Source of the DNA: an uncultured Methanosarcinales archaeon
Lineage (GTDB): Archaea > Nanobdellota > Nanobdellia > Woesearchaeales > ARS49
Assembly (NCBI GenBank): GCA_964637115.1
Contig: CAZWVL010000004.1
Coordinates: 1-64,000, forward strand
Direction of reading: 5' to 3'
DNA: 64,000 bases
The notes beneath the pieces are model-generated. The model did not search any database. It worked only from the letters and a program-made list of their open reading frames with translations, and was not told where the DNA came from. How positions within the stretch are numbered: position 1 is the stretch's first letter; every line of letters begins with the position of its first letter. Made by a program: the position numbers and the translations under genes. Of the stretch, positions 28,055 through 37,510 are shown one piece after another.

Positions 28055-29145
28055 AAACGGCAATATTCACAATAATTGCATTGCTGCTTTTGGCAGCGTG
28101 CGCAACGCAAGAATCAGTACAAACAACGCCTATTGCAAAAGAACCGGCAGTTGTCAAGATTGGGGTAACAGTGCCATTGACTGGTGATGTTGCATTCTTA
28201 GGAGAAGCAACGCGAAATTCCCTCGAATTGGCATTAAAAGAAGTGCAGGGAACAAAATACAAGTACGAGCTTGTGTTTGAAGATGACAAGCTTGATGCAA
28301 AACTGGCTTCCACAACTGCAACTAAATTGATTCAAGTTGACAATGTTGATGCAATCATCAGTTTGAGCTCTGGCACGGGGAATGTAGTTACCCCTCTTGC
28401 CGAGCAGAATAAGGTAATTCACTTTGGCATTGCTTCTGATGCAAATGTTGCAAAAGGAATGTTCAATTTCATCCATTGGACGCCGCCTGATGAGGAAGCT
28501 CGTTTATGGGTGCAAAAAGCACAGGAACATGGCTATAATCGCGTCGCAATTATTGTATTGCAGCATCCAGGTGCAATAGCAGTGGTTGATGCTGCAAAGA
28601 AACACGCAAAAGGTACCGACATCGAACTACATGAGGAGTTCTTTAATCCGGGCGAGAAGGATTTCAGAACAGTTCTGGTCAGGTCCAAGCAATTTAATCC
28701 TGATGCTTATATGCTCATGGCGTTCTCTCCTGAACTTGACATATTGCACAAGCAGTTGAAGGAATTAGGCATTAAGGCACCTTTGACATCCATCGAGGCA
28801 TTCGAACTTAGCAATGACCCTTCTCAGTTTGAAGGTCACTGGTATGTCAACGCTGCAGACCCGACAGGCGCATTTGCTGACAAGTATAAGGCTGCGTACA
28901 ACAAAGAGCCGGTATTTGGCGGACCAAATGCATACGACATCTTCAAGATGATCGTGAAAGGCTTTGAGGATTCAGGCAAAGATGCATCTGTAAAACCTTC
29001 ACCTGAAGAAGTTGCTGCTGCACTTATGCAGATAAAGGACTTCGATGGTGCACTGGGCAAATTGACTGTCGGCGAAGATGGTATTGTCTGGAGCCCGGCA
29101 GTTGTCAGAACGATTCTGAACGGCAAGCCGGTGACTATCAAATAG
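28051..29145 (+). CDS. SBP10: Liv-type substrate-binding lipoprotein
   Basis: Start MKTAIF at 28051 (ATGA overlap); lipobox LAAC; KIGVTVPLTGDVA, DFRTVLVRSK, NAYDIF. Confidence 0.92.
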   Translation: MKTAIFTIIALLLLAACATQESVQTTPIAKEPAVVKIGVTVPLTGDVAFLGEATRNSLELALKEVQGTKYKYELVFEDDKLDAKLASTTATKLIQVDNVDAIISLSSGTGNVVTPLAEQNKVIHFGIASDANVAKGMFNFIHWTPPDEEARLWVQKAQEHGYNRVAIIVLQHPGAIAVVDAAKKHAKGTDIELHEEFFNPGEKDFRTVLVRSKQFNPDAYMLMAFSPELDILHKQLKELGIKAPLTSIEAFELSNDPSQFEGHWYVNAADPTGAFADKYKAAYNKEPVFGGPNAYDIFKMIVKGFEDSGKDASVKPSPEEVAAALMQIKDFDGALGKLTVGEDGIVWSPAVVRTILNGKPVTIK

Positions 29146-29170
29146 TTTTTTCTTTTTATGAGGAAGCAAA

Positions 29171-29557
29171 ATGACTGACGAACTTTCTTTGGAAGAAGTA
29201 ATTGCTTTGGGATGTAAAGTAAGACCATGGAGCAAGAACAAAGACGAAGAAGATGAAGATGGCTATGTCGGTTGTTACAAAGGAGTTCATATAAGCGTTT
29301 CCCGTCATCGATTGTTTATTGGAGAAGACTCTTTTGTATCATACAATCTGAAGATTGAATATAAAGGCACAACAATAGGAGAATTTTTTTATCAGGCGTT
29401 TGACCATTCATCTGCAAGAAATAGAGATGATGTTATGAAGTTCTATAAATTTGCCAAGTCACAAAATGAACAAGAATATATCGCAAGGGTATGTGATCGT
29501 AACAGAGAAAAGCGATTTGAAGGAACCGTGAACTATGTGCGTGGTTTGTTAAAATAA
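29171..29557 (+). CDS. Hypothetical protein, divergent 'MTDELSL' family member (128 aa)
   Basis: MTDELSLEEVIALGCKVRPW...YVGCYKGV...VMKFYKF. Confidence 0.72.
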   Translation: MTDELSLEEVIALGCKVRPWSKNKDEEDEDGYVGCYKGVHISVSRHRLFIGEDSFVSYNLKIEYKGTTIGEFFYQAFDHSSARNRDDVMKFYKFAKSQNEQEYIARVCDRNREKRFEGTVNYVRGLLK

Positions 29558-29603
29558 ATAGTTTATAGCAACCTTTAAAAGTAAAAAAGATGAGTAACTC
29601 ACC

Positions 29604-30476
29604 ATGGGCATCGCAACGCAGTTAATATTGAACGGTATCATTGCGGGCGCCATATACGCGTTGGTTGCGTCTGGGTTCTCATTAATCTACTCTGTTACCA
29701 AATTTATGCATTTGGCGCACGGTGGAGTGTTGGCGTTAGGCGCCTATCTTATGTACACTTTCGCTGTTGCAAGTGGATTGAACTTCTGGTTTGCCATTCT
29801 GCTGACATTAATCTGCAGCAGCGTTGCAGGAGAATTGATGAATTGGTTGGTCTACAAGCCTTTGAGAAAACGTAAGGCTTCTGGTGCAGTATTATTAATA
29901 GCAAGCATTGCTGTATTAATATTCGTTAACTCGTTGATTCTCGCCGTCTGGGGTGCTGATGTGAAGACCATTCACACCAGAAACCCTGTTTTTGACTTTA
30001 TTGGTGCCAGAATCACTTTTATTCAAGTCACAATCATTATTGTCTCTGTAATTCTTCTTTTATGCTTGTGGTATTTGATGAAAAAAACAAAATTGGGCAA
30101 GGCAATGCGTGCTGTTGCTGACAACAAGGATGTTGCGCAGACTGTTGGCATTAATCCAGAGAGAATTTACACATATACTTTCCTTATTGGCAGTTTTTTG
30201 GCTGGTGTTGCCGGAATTCTTATTGGAATCGAACAGAATTTGTTTCCAACAATGGGCCTTTCATTAGTTATTAAGGGATTTACTGGTGCAGTTATTGGCT
30301 CTTTGGCATCTGTTCCTGGCGCAGTATTGGGCTCATTCATTCTTGGTCTGGTGGAAAACATCGGCATCTGGTGGCTTCCGTCTGGTTACAAGGATGCAAT
30401 TGCCTTCGTATTATTGTTCATTTTCCTCTTATTCAGGCCTTCCGGCCTATTGGGCGTTAAAGTGAGGGAGGCTTAA
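29604..30476 (+). CDS. livH: Branched-chain amino acid ABC permease LivH
   Basis: GAIYALVASGFSLIY, HLAHG, TKLGKAMRAVADN, GINP. Confidence 0.95.
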   Translation: MGIATQLILNGIIAGAIYALVASGFSLIYSVTKFMHLAHGGVLALGAYLMYTFAVASGLNFWFAILLTLICSSVAGELMNWLVYKPLRKRKASGAVLLIASIAVLIFVNSLILAVWGADVKTIHTRNPVFDFIGARITFIQVTIIIVSVILLLCLWYLMKKTKLGKAMRAVADNKDVAQTVGINPERIYTYTFLIGSFLAGVAGILIGIEQNLFPTMGLSLVIKGFTGAVIGSLASVPGAVLGSFILGLVENIGIWWLPSGYKDAIAFVLLFIFLLFRPSGLLGVKVREA

Positions 30477-31333
30477 TGGCATTTGTAAATTATCTGATTC
30501 ATCTTGGAATTTTGGCGGCAATTTATAGTATTCTCACAATTAGTTTGAACTGGGCTGTTGGTTTTACTGGCTTGCTTAATCTTGGCCATGTTGGATTTTT
30601 TGGTATCGGCGCTTATGTGAGCGCTCTATTAGCTATTAATGGTGTCCCTGTCTGGATTAGTATTATTATTGGCGGTCTTGCAGGCTTGATTGCTGGTTTC
30701 TTGCTTTCCCTGCCTACTTCAAGGTTGAAAGGTGATTATCTTGCTCTGGCAACGCTTGGTTTTTCGTTTATCATGGGAAGTATTGCAAGAAACTGGACTG
30801 ATGTTACAAGAGGCGCGTTAGGTATTCCTGGCATTCCTAAGATTGTGAGAGGTAATACAGAGTTTCTCGTCGTTGTTTTGATTGTTGCAGTTATTACTTA
30901 TTTCATCTTCTGGAAATTATCGCGTTCAAGATTTGGAAAGACGTGTGAAGCAGTTAGAGATGACGAATTGGCTGCAAGAATGCTTGGAAAAAATACTTTT
31001 ATGACGAAAATTATGGCTTTGGGCATTAGTGCGTTTTTTGCCGGCATTGCTGGAGGTTTATTTGCGCATTACATTACTTTTATCGACCCGTCTATTTTCG
31101 GTATTGATGACTTGATTTTACTTTTCAGCATGTTGATTGTGGGCGGTCTTGCCAGTGTGAAAGGCGCTGCTTTCGGCACGATTATTATTTTCTTGATTCC
31201 TGAGCCTTTGCGCTTTATCGGCTTCCCCAGTTCTGTGCTTGGTCCAATGCGTGCAATTATCTACGCGTTAATCTTGTTATTAATCCTTATCTATAAGCCA
31301 AGAGGCTTATTTGGGAAGGTGGATTTGGCATGA
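30476..31333 (+). CDS. livM: Branched-chain amino acid ABC permease LivM
   Basis: GFTGLLNLGHVGFFGIGAY, RLKGDYLALATLGF, SRFGKTCEAVRDDE, VGGLAS. Confidence 0.95.
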   Translation: MAFVNYLIHLGILAAIYSILTISLNWAVGFTGLLNLGHVGFFGIGAYVSALLAINGVPVWISIIIGGLAGLIAGFLLSLPTSRLKGDYLALATLGFSFIMGSIARNWTDVTRGALGIPGIPKIVRGNTEFLVVVLIVAVITYFIFWKLSRSRFGKTCEAVRDDELAARMLGKNTFMTKIMALGISAFFAGIAGGLFAHYITFIDPSIFGIDDLILLFSMLIVGGLASVKGAAFGTIIIFLIPEPLRFIGFPSSVLGPMRAIIYALILLLILIYKPRGLFGKVDLA

Positions 31334-32013
31334 TTAGCGTGCAAAAATTGGACAAACATTTTGGTGGAGTTTATGCAGTTCATAATTGCAGCTTCACAGT
31401 TAAAGACAATACAATCACGAGTATTATCGGCCCGAACGGCGCCGGTAAAACAACGTTGTTCAATCTTATCTGTGGCATTATCAAGCCGGATGCTGGCAGC
31501 ATTTTCTTGAAGGGCCAGGAGATTACTGACCTTCCAACATACCGCATTGCTCGTTCTGGTATTAGCAGAACGTTCCAACAGGCAAGATTGTTCAAAAATA
31601 TGTCAGTAAAGGACAATTTGTTGTTAGCAAAGCAGACAACCGATGCAGAATTAAAGGAAATACTAAAAAAAGTGCGTTTTCCTCTTGATATAAACACAAA
31701 AGCAAGCGAACTGAGCTACGGCCAAACGAGATTAGTGGAAATTGCTAGAGCATTACTTAAACCTCACAAATTATTAATGCTTGACGAGCCTACTGCTGGC
31801 GTGAATCCAAAAGTCCGCCAGGAATTGAAAGAAATTCTTCTAAATCTCAAAAAGGAAGGCAATACTATTGTGCTGATCGAGCACGATATGGAATTCGTGA
31901 TGAGTATTAGTGATGATGTTATTGTGATGACAGAAGGTACTGTGTTGACAAGAGGAACGCCTAAACAAGTTCAATCTGACAAGCGTGTTTTGGAGGCATA
32001 TCTAGGCAAATGA
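31330..32013 (+). CDS. livG: Branched-chain amino acid ABC ATPase LivG
   Basis: GPNGAGKTTLFN, ISRTFQ, LSYGQ, LDEPTAGVNP, IEHDM. Confidence 0.95.
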   Translation: MISVQKLDKHFGGVYAVHNCSFTVKDNTITSIIGPNGAGKTTLFNLICGIIKPDAGSIFLKGQEITDLPTYRIARSGISRTFQQARLFKNMSVKDNLLLAKQTTDAELKEILKKVRFPLDINTKASELSYGQTRLVEIARALLKPHKLLMLDEPTAGVNPKVRQELKEILLNLKKEGNTIVLIEHDMEFVMSISDDVIVMTEGTVLTRGTPKQVQSDKRVLEAYLGK

Positions 32014-32729
32014 GCTTCCTTACTGTGAAGAATTTGGAATCCGGATATGGAAAATTGCAGATTTTGTTTGGCGTAAATATGGACATTAAGCCGGACGAGA
32101 TTACGGTCATTATTGGCCCTAATGGTGCAGGTAAGAGCACTGTGCTGAAGAGTATTTTCAAGTTGAATGACATTTACAGCGGCCAAATAATCTACAAGGG
32201 CAAGGATATTACTAACTTGCCAACTTACGAGCGTATTCAGATGGGCATTTCTATTGTGCCACAGGGCAGGCAAGTGTTTTCAGGTCTTACAATCAAAGAA
32301 AATTTGGAAATGGGCGCTTTTATGACAAAAGATAAAGACTTGATTCAGAAGCGCATGGATGAAGTTCTGTCTCATTTCCCTGCTCTTAAAGAAAAACTGC
32401 ATCAAAATGCTTATAGTTTGTCCGGCGGCCAGCAACAGATGCTCGCTATTGCAAGAGGATTGATGCAAGACCCTCAAGTTCTTCTGCTAGACGAACCTTC
32501 TTTAGGTCTGGCACCTAAGACTATGAAGGAAATATTCGAAAAAATCCAGGAAATCAACAAAGAAGGCACTGCCATCATCATGGTCGAGCAGAATGCCAAG
32601 GCAGCGTGTGAGATTGCCGACCATATTTACGTTCTAGAAGAAGGCAGAGTTGCCTTGCACGGTGACAAGAAAATAATGAAATCAGAAAAAATCAAGCATA
32701 TTTATCTTGGCGGGCACGGGCATAAATAA
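32010..32729 (+). CDS. livF: Branched-chain amino acid ABC ATPase LivF
   Basis: GPNGAGKST, VPQGRQVF, LSGGQQQML, LDEPSLGLAP, VEQNA. Confidence 0.95.
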   Translation: MSFLTVKNLESGYGKLQILFGVNMDIKPDEITVIIGPNGAGKSTVLKSIFKLNDIYSGQIIYKGKDITNLPTYERIQMGISIVPQGRQVFSGLTIKENLEMGAFMTKDKDLIQKRMDEVLSHFPALKEKLHQNAYSLSGGQQQMLAIARGLMQDPQVLLLDEPSLGLAPKTMKEIFEKIQEINKEGTAIIMVEQNAKAACEIADHIYVLEEGRVALHGDKKIMKSEKIKHIYLGGHGHK

Positions 32730-32891
32730 TTACTTTTTCTGGAATGCATTAACTATTATGCCGATTGCCACTACGATTAGTATCAATGGTATCCACGGAA
32801 CCTTTACTATAACTACACCAAGCTCGTTCAGCAGCCATACAACGCCAATAACGAGCAATATCACTCCAAATGTTGGAAACTTCTTTGCCAT
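32730..32891 (-). CDS. 53-aa two-TM membrane microprotein (absent from ORF track)
   Basis: MAKKFPTFGVILLVIGVVWLLNELGVVIVKVPWIPLILIVVAIGIIVNAFQKK; RBS GAGGTG. Confidence 0.7.
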   Translation of the reverse strand: MAKKFPTFGVILLVIGVVWLLNELGVVIVKVPWIPLILIVVAIGIIVNAFQKK

Positions 32892-32933
32892 ATGTTCACC
32901 TCTATGAATAAGAATGTAAAGAGTGTTTAAAAA

Positions 32934-34124
32934 TTATTTGTTCAGCCACTCCAATTCTTCTTCATCCAGCTTTAGTTCTTCTGTTATCATTTCCGCGCTT
33001 GGATGTTTCAATTGGTAGAGTCTGTGTACGTATGGCAGTGTGTCTTGTAATGCTTTTTTCTTTGAACAATGAGTGGCCGCAGCCAGTTTCTCAGCTACCC
33101 TTTTTCGTCGTGCATATTTTTGGTTTGCCATCCAGTGTTTAAGCAATCGTGTCGTTCTTTGGTAAGAGACAAATGCTGTTGATTTTTTGTCTTTTGCTAC
33201 TGCAACACCTGCTGTTATGAGAACATCAACGTATGCCAAATATCTCCAGTATTGCCATCTTCGAATTCTGCCTCGGTAAACATCTGCTTTTGACAATGCT
33301 TCATATGCGCGTGCCAAATCTTGTGGATTCTTATATTCTCTTGGCATGTTTTCGTCTATCCATAGGAAACATTCGTCGATATCTTCGTCAACCAAATCTA
33401 AAGCGCTTACTGCCACTGCAGGGTCTGTTGATTTCAGTATCTTGACTAGTGCTTGCATTATGCTTTCTGAATGCTCGCGATCGTGCAAAGTTTCAAGTCC
33501 ATTGACCGTTAGTGCACCCGCTTGTGCGAGCATTTGCATGTCTGTTATTGCTCCTCTTAAGTCTCCGCCGCTTCTGCGCGCGAGTGTTTTCAAGATTACA
33601 TCTTCTGAAATTATTTTTTCATTGTCTAGAATTCTCTTGAGTGCCGGCACCATTGCAGTCATCGTAACTGCCGGAAATTCTATCATGATGCTTTTCGTGC
33701 GTAATGTGTTGAATTTGCTGTCCCAGGGGTCGTTTGCTGTTAAAAATATGGGAAATTTTGATTCTGATATCAATTCTGCTAGTGCTGAAACTCCTCCTCT
33801 GTCTTCGTTGCCTGCAATGCCGTCAATTTCATCTACCAAAACTATTTTTCCTTGCGAAAACAAGCTTTGTTGTTTCAAAGCATTGCCGATTTTAGAGTTT
33901 ATCTCGTCAGCATTGCGGTGATCTGATGCATTGACTTCTACTAATTCAAACCCCAGTCGTTTGGCAAGTGCGTGTACTACCGTTGTTTTGCCCGTTCCAG
34001 TTGGCCCATACAGCATCATTGCTCTTTTCTTTTGTTTAGAGTAATTTGTGGCAAAGTCGTACAACGGCTTAGTATCATGCGGTATGTGCTCTAGCTCTGG
34101 TTTGTACTTTTGAACCCACAACAT
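32934..34124 (-). CDS. rfcL: Replication factor C large subunit
   Basis: WVQKYKP, GPTGTGKTT, EVNASD, LVDEIDG, GDLRGAI, WRRWQYWRY-like motif IRRWQYWRY; true start at 34124. Confidence 0.93.
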   Translation of the reverse strand: MLWVQKYKPELEHIPHDTKPLYDFATNYSKQKKRAMMLYGPTGTGKTTVVHALAKRLGFELVEVNASDHRNADEINSKIGNALKQQSLFSQGKIVLVDEIDGIAGNEDRGGVSALAELISESKFPIFLTANDPWDSKFNTLRTKSIMIEFPAVTMTAMVPALKRILDNEKIISEDVILKTLARRSGGDLRGAITDMQMLAQAGALTVNGLETLHDREHSESIMQALVKILKSTDPAVAVSALDLVDEDIDECFLWIDENMPREYKNPQDLARAYEALSKADVYRGRIRRWQYWRYLAYVDVLITAGVAVAKDKKSTAFVSYQRTTRLLKHWMANQKYARRKRVAEKLAAATHCSKKKALQDTLPYVHRLYQLKHPSAEMITEELKLDEEELEWLNK

Positions 34125-34202
34125 GGCATTAAATGATTCAAAATCGTATATAATCTTTTGTGTGGCATAATATTTATATAGAGATTTGTGTGAAAAACAG
34201 GT

Positions 34203-34643
34203 ATGAAAGCTGTTGACGTTGATTTCAAGAAGATTGACATCGTTGACTATTATTCTCAGTTGGACCAGGTGAAGGTCCGCGTTTTGTTCAGTGATGCTTG
34301 CGTTGACGATAGTCAAGGCAAGCTCAGCAACAAAGTTGCCGTTGGCAGGGAGAAGGCATTAATCCGCCAGTTTTCCATCACTGACCCTGGAACGCAGGCT
34401 TTGGAGATGATTTCTGAAATTAGAACTAAATTGAAAGAGCAGCACAAAGAGCATACACTTGACGATCATCCGTTGGCAGGCGCATTGATATTGAGGTTCA
34501 AGCAGGAAGATGGCTTGGTTCACGAGAGGATGGCAAAGTTTTTGGCACAGACCAGAGAGCGTATTCGTTCTGGCAAAATGGCAAAGTTGAGTTATTTGGA
34601 TTTGGAAAAGAAGGTTGTTGGCTTTAGTTCTTCGTTTAATTAG
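34203..34643 (+). CDS. Hypothetical protein (146 aa)
   Basis: Fills the gap divergent from rfcL; TATA-like TTTATATA upstream. Confidence 0.65.
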   Translation: MKAVDVDFKKIDIVDYYSQLDQVKVRVLFSDACVDDSQGKLSNKVAVGREKALIRQFSITDPGTQALEMISEIRTKLKEQHKEHTLDDHPLAGALILRFKQEDGLVHERMAKFLAQTRERIRSGKMAKLSYLDLEKKVVGFSSSFN

Positions 34644-37027
34644 AATTCCACAGTTATCTTGATATCCGGTGTTACTTCTTCTGTTCCTTTGCCCATTTCT
34701 ATTTTTTCTGAAGCTGTTGTTGCTCTCAAATCGTCAAATACTCCTATTAGTGGAACTTTCGTGTCTATTATCAGTCGTTTGACTGGAGATTTCATTGACA
34801 CCTTCATTTCTGATTTCTTTTTGCGCACTGCTGCAAGTATTGCAACTGCGGCATTGCCTTCCTGTTCGGCTTTTTCATTGACAGCAGGGGCTTTTGGCCA
34901 TTCTGCAAGATGTATGCTTTTGTGCCCTTCGTGTGTCAGGTATAAATTATAGACTTCCTCTGTGATGAATGGCGTGAATGGCGACATTAATCTGACGATG
35001 GCAGACAAACATATTGAAAGTGCGTATTGCGCGCTTTTCTTTTGTTCCGGGCTTTTCGGCTCATACATTCTGGTCTTTATCAGCTCAAGATAATTGTCGC
35101 AGTAGTCTTTCCAGAAGAATGATTCAATTGCTGTTTTTGCGCGGAAATATTCGTAAGAGTCAAATGCTATTGTTGCTTCTTGTATCGTTTTTGCCAGTCG
35201 TGTTAATATCCAGACGTCCAGGACTTCTGTTGCATTGCCTTTGTAATCATAGCCTTCAAGGTGCATATTGACGAATTTGGCGGCATTCCATAATTTAGTA
35301 ACGAATTTATCGCCAGCAACTAATTCTTTTTCTTGATATACAAGGTCTTCTCCTAATTTGCTTCCGCCTGCCCAGTATCTAAGAGCATCTGCGCTGTATT
35401 TTGCGAGAATCGCTTGTGGTTCTAAGGCATTTCCTTTGCTTTTGCTCATTTTCACGCCAAGTGGGTCTGTAACATAACCTGATAGTGCAACGTCTTTCCA
35501 CGGGTTTTTGCCATAATGTAGCTGACTTTTAACAAGTGTGTTGAACAGCCAGAAGCTGATTATCTCGTGCGCTTGTGGTCTTAGACTCATCGGGTATAAT
35601 TTGGCACGATGTTTTTCCGGCACTAACTGTATTGCCAGTTGTGGTGTCATGCTGCTTGTTGCCCATGTGTCTAAAACATCTTTTTCTGGCACAAATTCAT
35701 CAGATTTGCATTTCAAGCAGGCTTTTGCTGATGGCGGGTCTTTTAATGGGTCTATTGGCAGTTTTTTCTCGTCCGCAAAGATTGGCTCGTCGCATTTTCT
35801 ACAGTACCATACTGGGAATGGTACTCCAAAGAATCTTTGTCTAGATATTAACCAGTCCCATTGCAATCCTTTGACCCAGTTGTTGTATCGGTGCTTCATG
35901 AAGTCTGGATGCCAGTTTAACTCAGCACCCCATTCGAGAAGTTTATCTTTTAAGTCAAGATACTTGATGAACCATTGTTTGCTTTGGATTATTTCTATTT
36001 CTGTTGCGCATCTTTCGTGAACCTTAACTGCATGTTTTATTGGTTTTTGCGCGCGTAATAGGCCTTCTATTTTCAAATCTGCAATGATTGCCTTGCGTGC
36101 TTCGTGTATTTTAAGTCCGTGATACTTGCCTGCCGCATCTGTCATCGTGCCGTTTTTGTTGATTGCTTCTTTCAAAGGCAGGTTATATGCAAGATACCAT
36201 GCTATGTCTGTTTGGTCTCCAAAGGTGCAGCACATCACTATTCCCGTTCCTTTTGTCGGATCTGCTCTTTCGTCGGGCATTATTGGTACTTCAGAATTAA
36301 ATAATGGAGTTGTTGCTTTTTTGCCGAACAGTTTTTTGTATCTGTCATCATTTGGGTGTGCAAATACTGCAACACAGGCAGGAATTAGTTCTGGTCGTGT
36401 TGTCGCAATAAGCAACTCTTTGCCGTCTACTTTGAATACGATATCATTGAAAGTGCTGTCTTTTTCTGCGTCTTGGCATTCTACTTGTGAAATTGCTGTT
36501 TCACACAATGGGCACCAGAGTGCTGGCGCGTTTTTCCTGTAAACTCTGCCTTTTTTCTGTAAGTCTAAGAAGCTCCATTGCGAGATTTTTCTGCTATGGG
36601 CGTTTATTGTGCTGTATGCTAGCTTGAAGTCGCAGCTCATTCCTATTCTTTTCCAGTCGTGGATAAAGGCAGGCATTATTTCTGCCACTGTTTGTTCGCA
36701 GAGTTTGATGAAGGCTTGCCTGTCCATCTTGCTGCCCTTAACTCCTTTTAATTTCTCAACTAATCGCTCTGTTGGCAGGCCATTGTCATCTGTTCCCCAT
36801 GGATAGAATACGTTAAATCCTCTTAGCCTTTTGTAGCGTGCAACAATATCTTGTTGCGTATAGGAAAAGGCATGGCCGATGTGCATTTTGCCAGAAACTG
36901 TTGGCGGCGGAGTATCTATGCTATAGACATCTCCTTTCTGTTCAGGATTGAAAGTAAAGATGCCTTCTTTTTCCCAGAACTGCATCCACTTATCTTCTTC
37001 GATTTTGGAGTCATATCTGTCAGCCAT
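34640..37027 (-). CDS. valS: Valyl-tRNA synthetase
   Basis: IDTPPPTVSGKMHIGH, DWLISRQR, DTWATS, KMSKSKGN; start MADRY at 37027 about 25 nt after a BRE/TATA. Confidence 0.96.
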   Translation of the reverse strand: MADRYDSKIEEDKWMQFWEKEGIFTFNPEQKGDVYSIDTPPPTVSGKMHIGHAFSYTQQDIVARYKRLRGFNVFYPWGTDDNGLPTERLVEKLKGVKGSKMDRQAFIKLCEQTVAEIMPAFIHDWKRIGMSCDFKLAYSTINAHSRKISQWSFLDLQKKGRVYRKNAPALWCPLCETAISQVECQDAEKDSTFNDIVFKVDGKELLIATTRPELIPACVAVFAHPNDDRYKKLFGKKATTPLFNSEVPIMPDERADPTKGTGIVMCCTFGDQTDIAWYLAYNLPLKEAINKNGTMTDAAGKYHGLKIHEARKAIIADLKIEGLLRAQKPIKHAVKVHERCATEIEIIQSKQWFIKYLDLKDKLLEWGAELNWHPDFMKHRYNNWVKGLQWDWLISRQRFFGVPFPVWYCRKCDEPIFADEKKLPIDPLKDPPSAKACLKCKSDEFVPEKDVLDTWATSSMTPQLAIQLVPEKHRAKLYPMSLRPQAHEIISFWLFNTLVKSQLHYGKNPWKDVALSGYVTDPLGVKMSKSKGNALEPQAILAKYSADALRYWAGGSKLGEDLVYQEKELVAGDKFVTKLWNAAKFVNMHLEGYDYKGNATEVLDVWILTRLAKTIQEATIAFDSYEYFRAKTAIESFFWKDYCDNYLELIKTRMYEPKSPEQKKSAQYALSICLSAIVRLMSPFTPFITEEVYNLYLTHEGHKSIHLAEWPKAPAVNEKAEQEGNAAVAILAAVRKKKSEMKVSMKSPVKRLIIDTKVPLIGVFDDLRATTASEKIEMGKGTEEVTPDIKITVEF

Positions 37028-37061
37028 ACTTTGTCGTCTTGGGAGTGCATTTAAAAACGTT

Positions 37062-37117
37062 TCGAGAAGCCGCGCTTCTAGAAAACCAGCCGAATAATCG
37101 GGATTCGGCTTGGTTTC
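37062..37117. repeat. Two adjacent palindromes between the valS and 37175 promoters
   Basis: TCGAGAAGC-CGC-GCTTCTAGA and AAACCAGCCGAAT-7nt-ATTCGGCT(T)GGTTT. Confidence 0.55.
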
Positions 37118-37174
37118 GAGAACAATCAAAACCTTTTTATATCTCTTAACTTAGCTTCGAACTGGGGGAGTGTT

Positions 37175-37510
37175 ATGACAAAAACAGCAACAATAAACGG
37201 AAAACTGGGCGATGTAAATGACGTTCGCTACACGCTTAACAGCGATATCACCGTGACATTCGATATTGATGACGGCGGATATTCTAAAGTGCATTGCGCA
37301 GATTTGGGCATCGTAGGTGTTGATACAACTGACGCCAAAGCGCTCGACGAATTTAAAAGGAACTTAATCGCATCTTACGAAACACTGCGCTTGCGCAGTC
37401 AGTCCAAACAATTGAATGCAGGCGAAATTATAAAGTTTGAGGACCTTTCAAAGCTTGTTGACAGAAAAGCGTACGATCCGCACAGCGGGCTTGAATTGTC
37501 CGTTAGATAA
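37175..37510 (+). CDS. Hypothetical protein (111 aa)
   Basis: ORF with RBS GGGGAG and upstream AAAACC-TTTTTATAT promoter. Confidence 0.6.
   Translation: MTKTATINGKLGDVNDVRYTLNSDITVTFDIDDGGYSKVHCADLGIVGVDTTDAKALDEFKRNLIASYETLRLRSQSKQLNAGEIIKFEDLSKLVDRKAYDPHSGLELSVR

Noticed and set aside
7507-32729. Provirus, transposon or diversity-generating retroelement
   Set aside because: No capsid, terminase, transposase or reverse transcriptase, and no adenine-specific TR/VR pair was recognised.
34125-37129. N-terminal extensions of RFC-L (34125-34316) and ValRS (37028-37129)
   Set aside because: Family-typical starts lie downstream, and the extensions overlap promoters or the opposite-strand gene.
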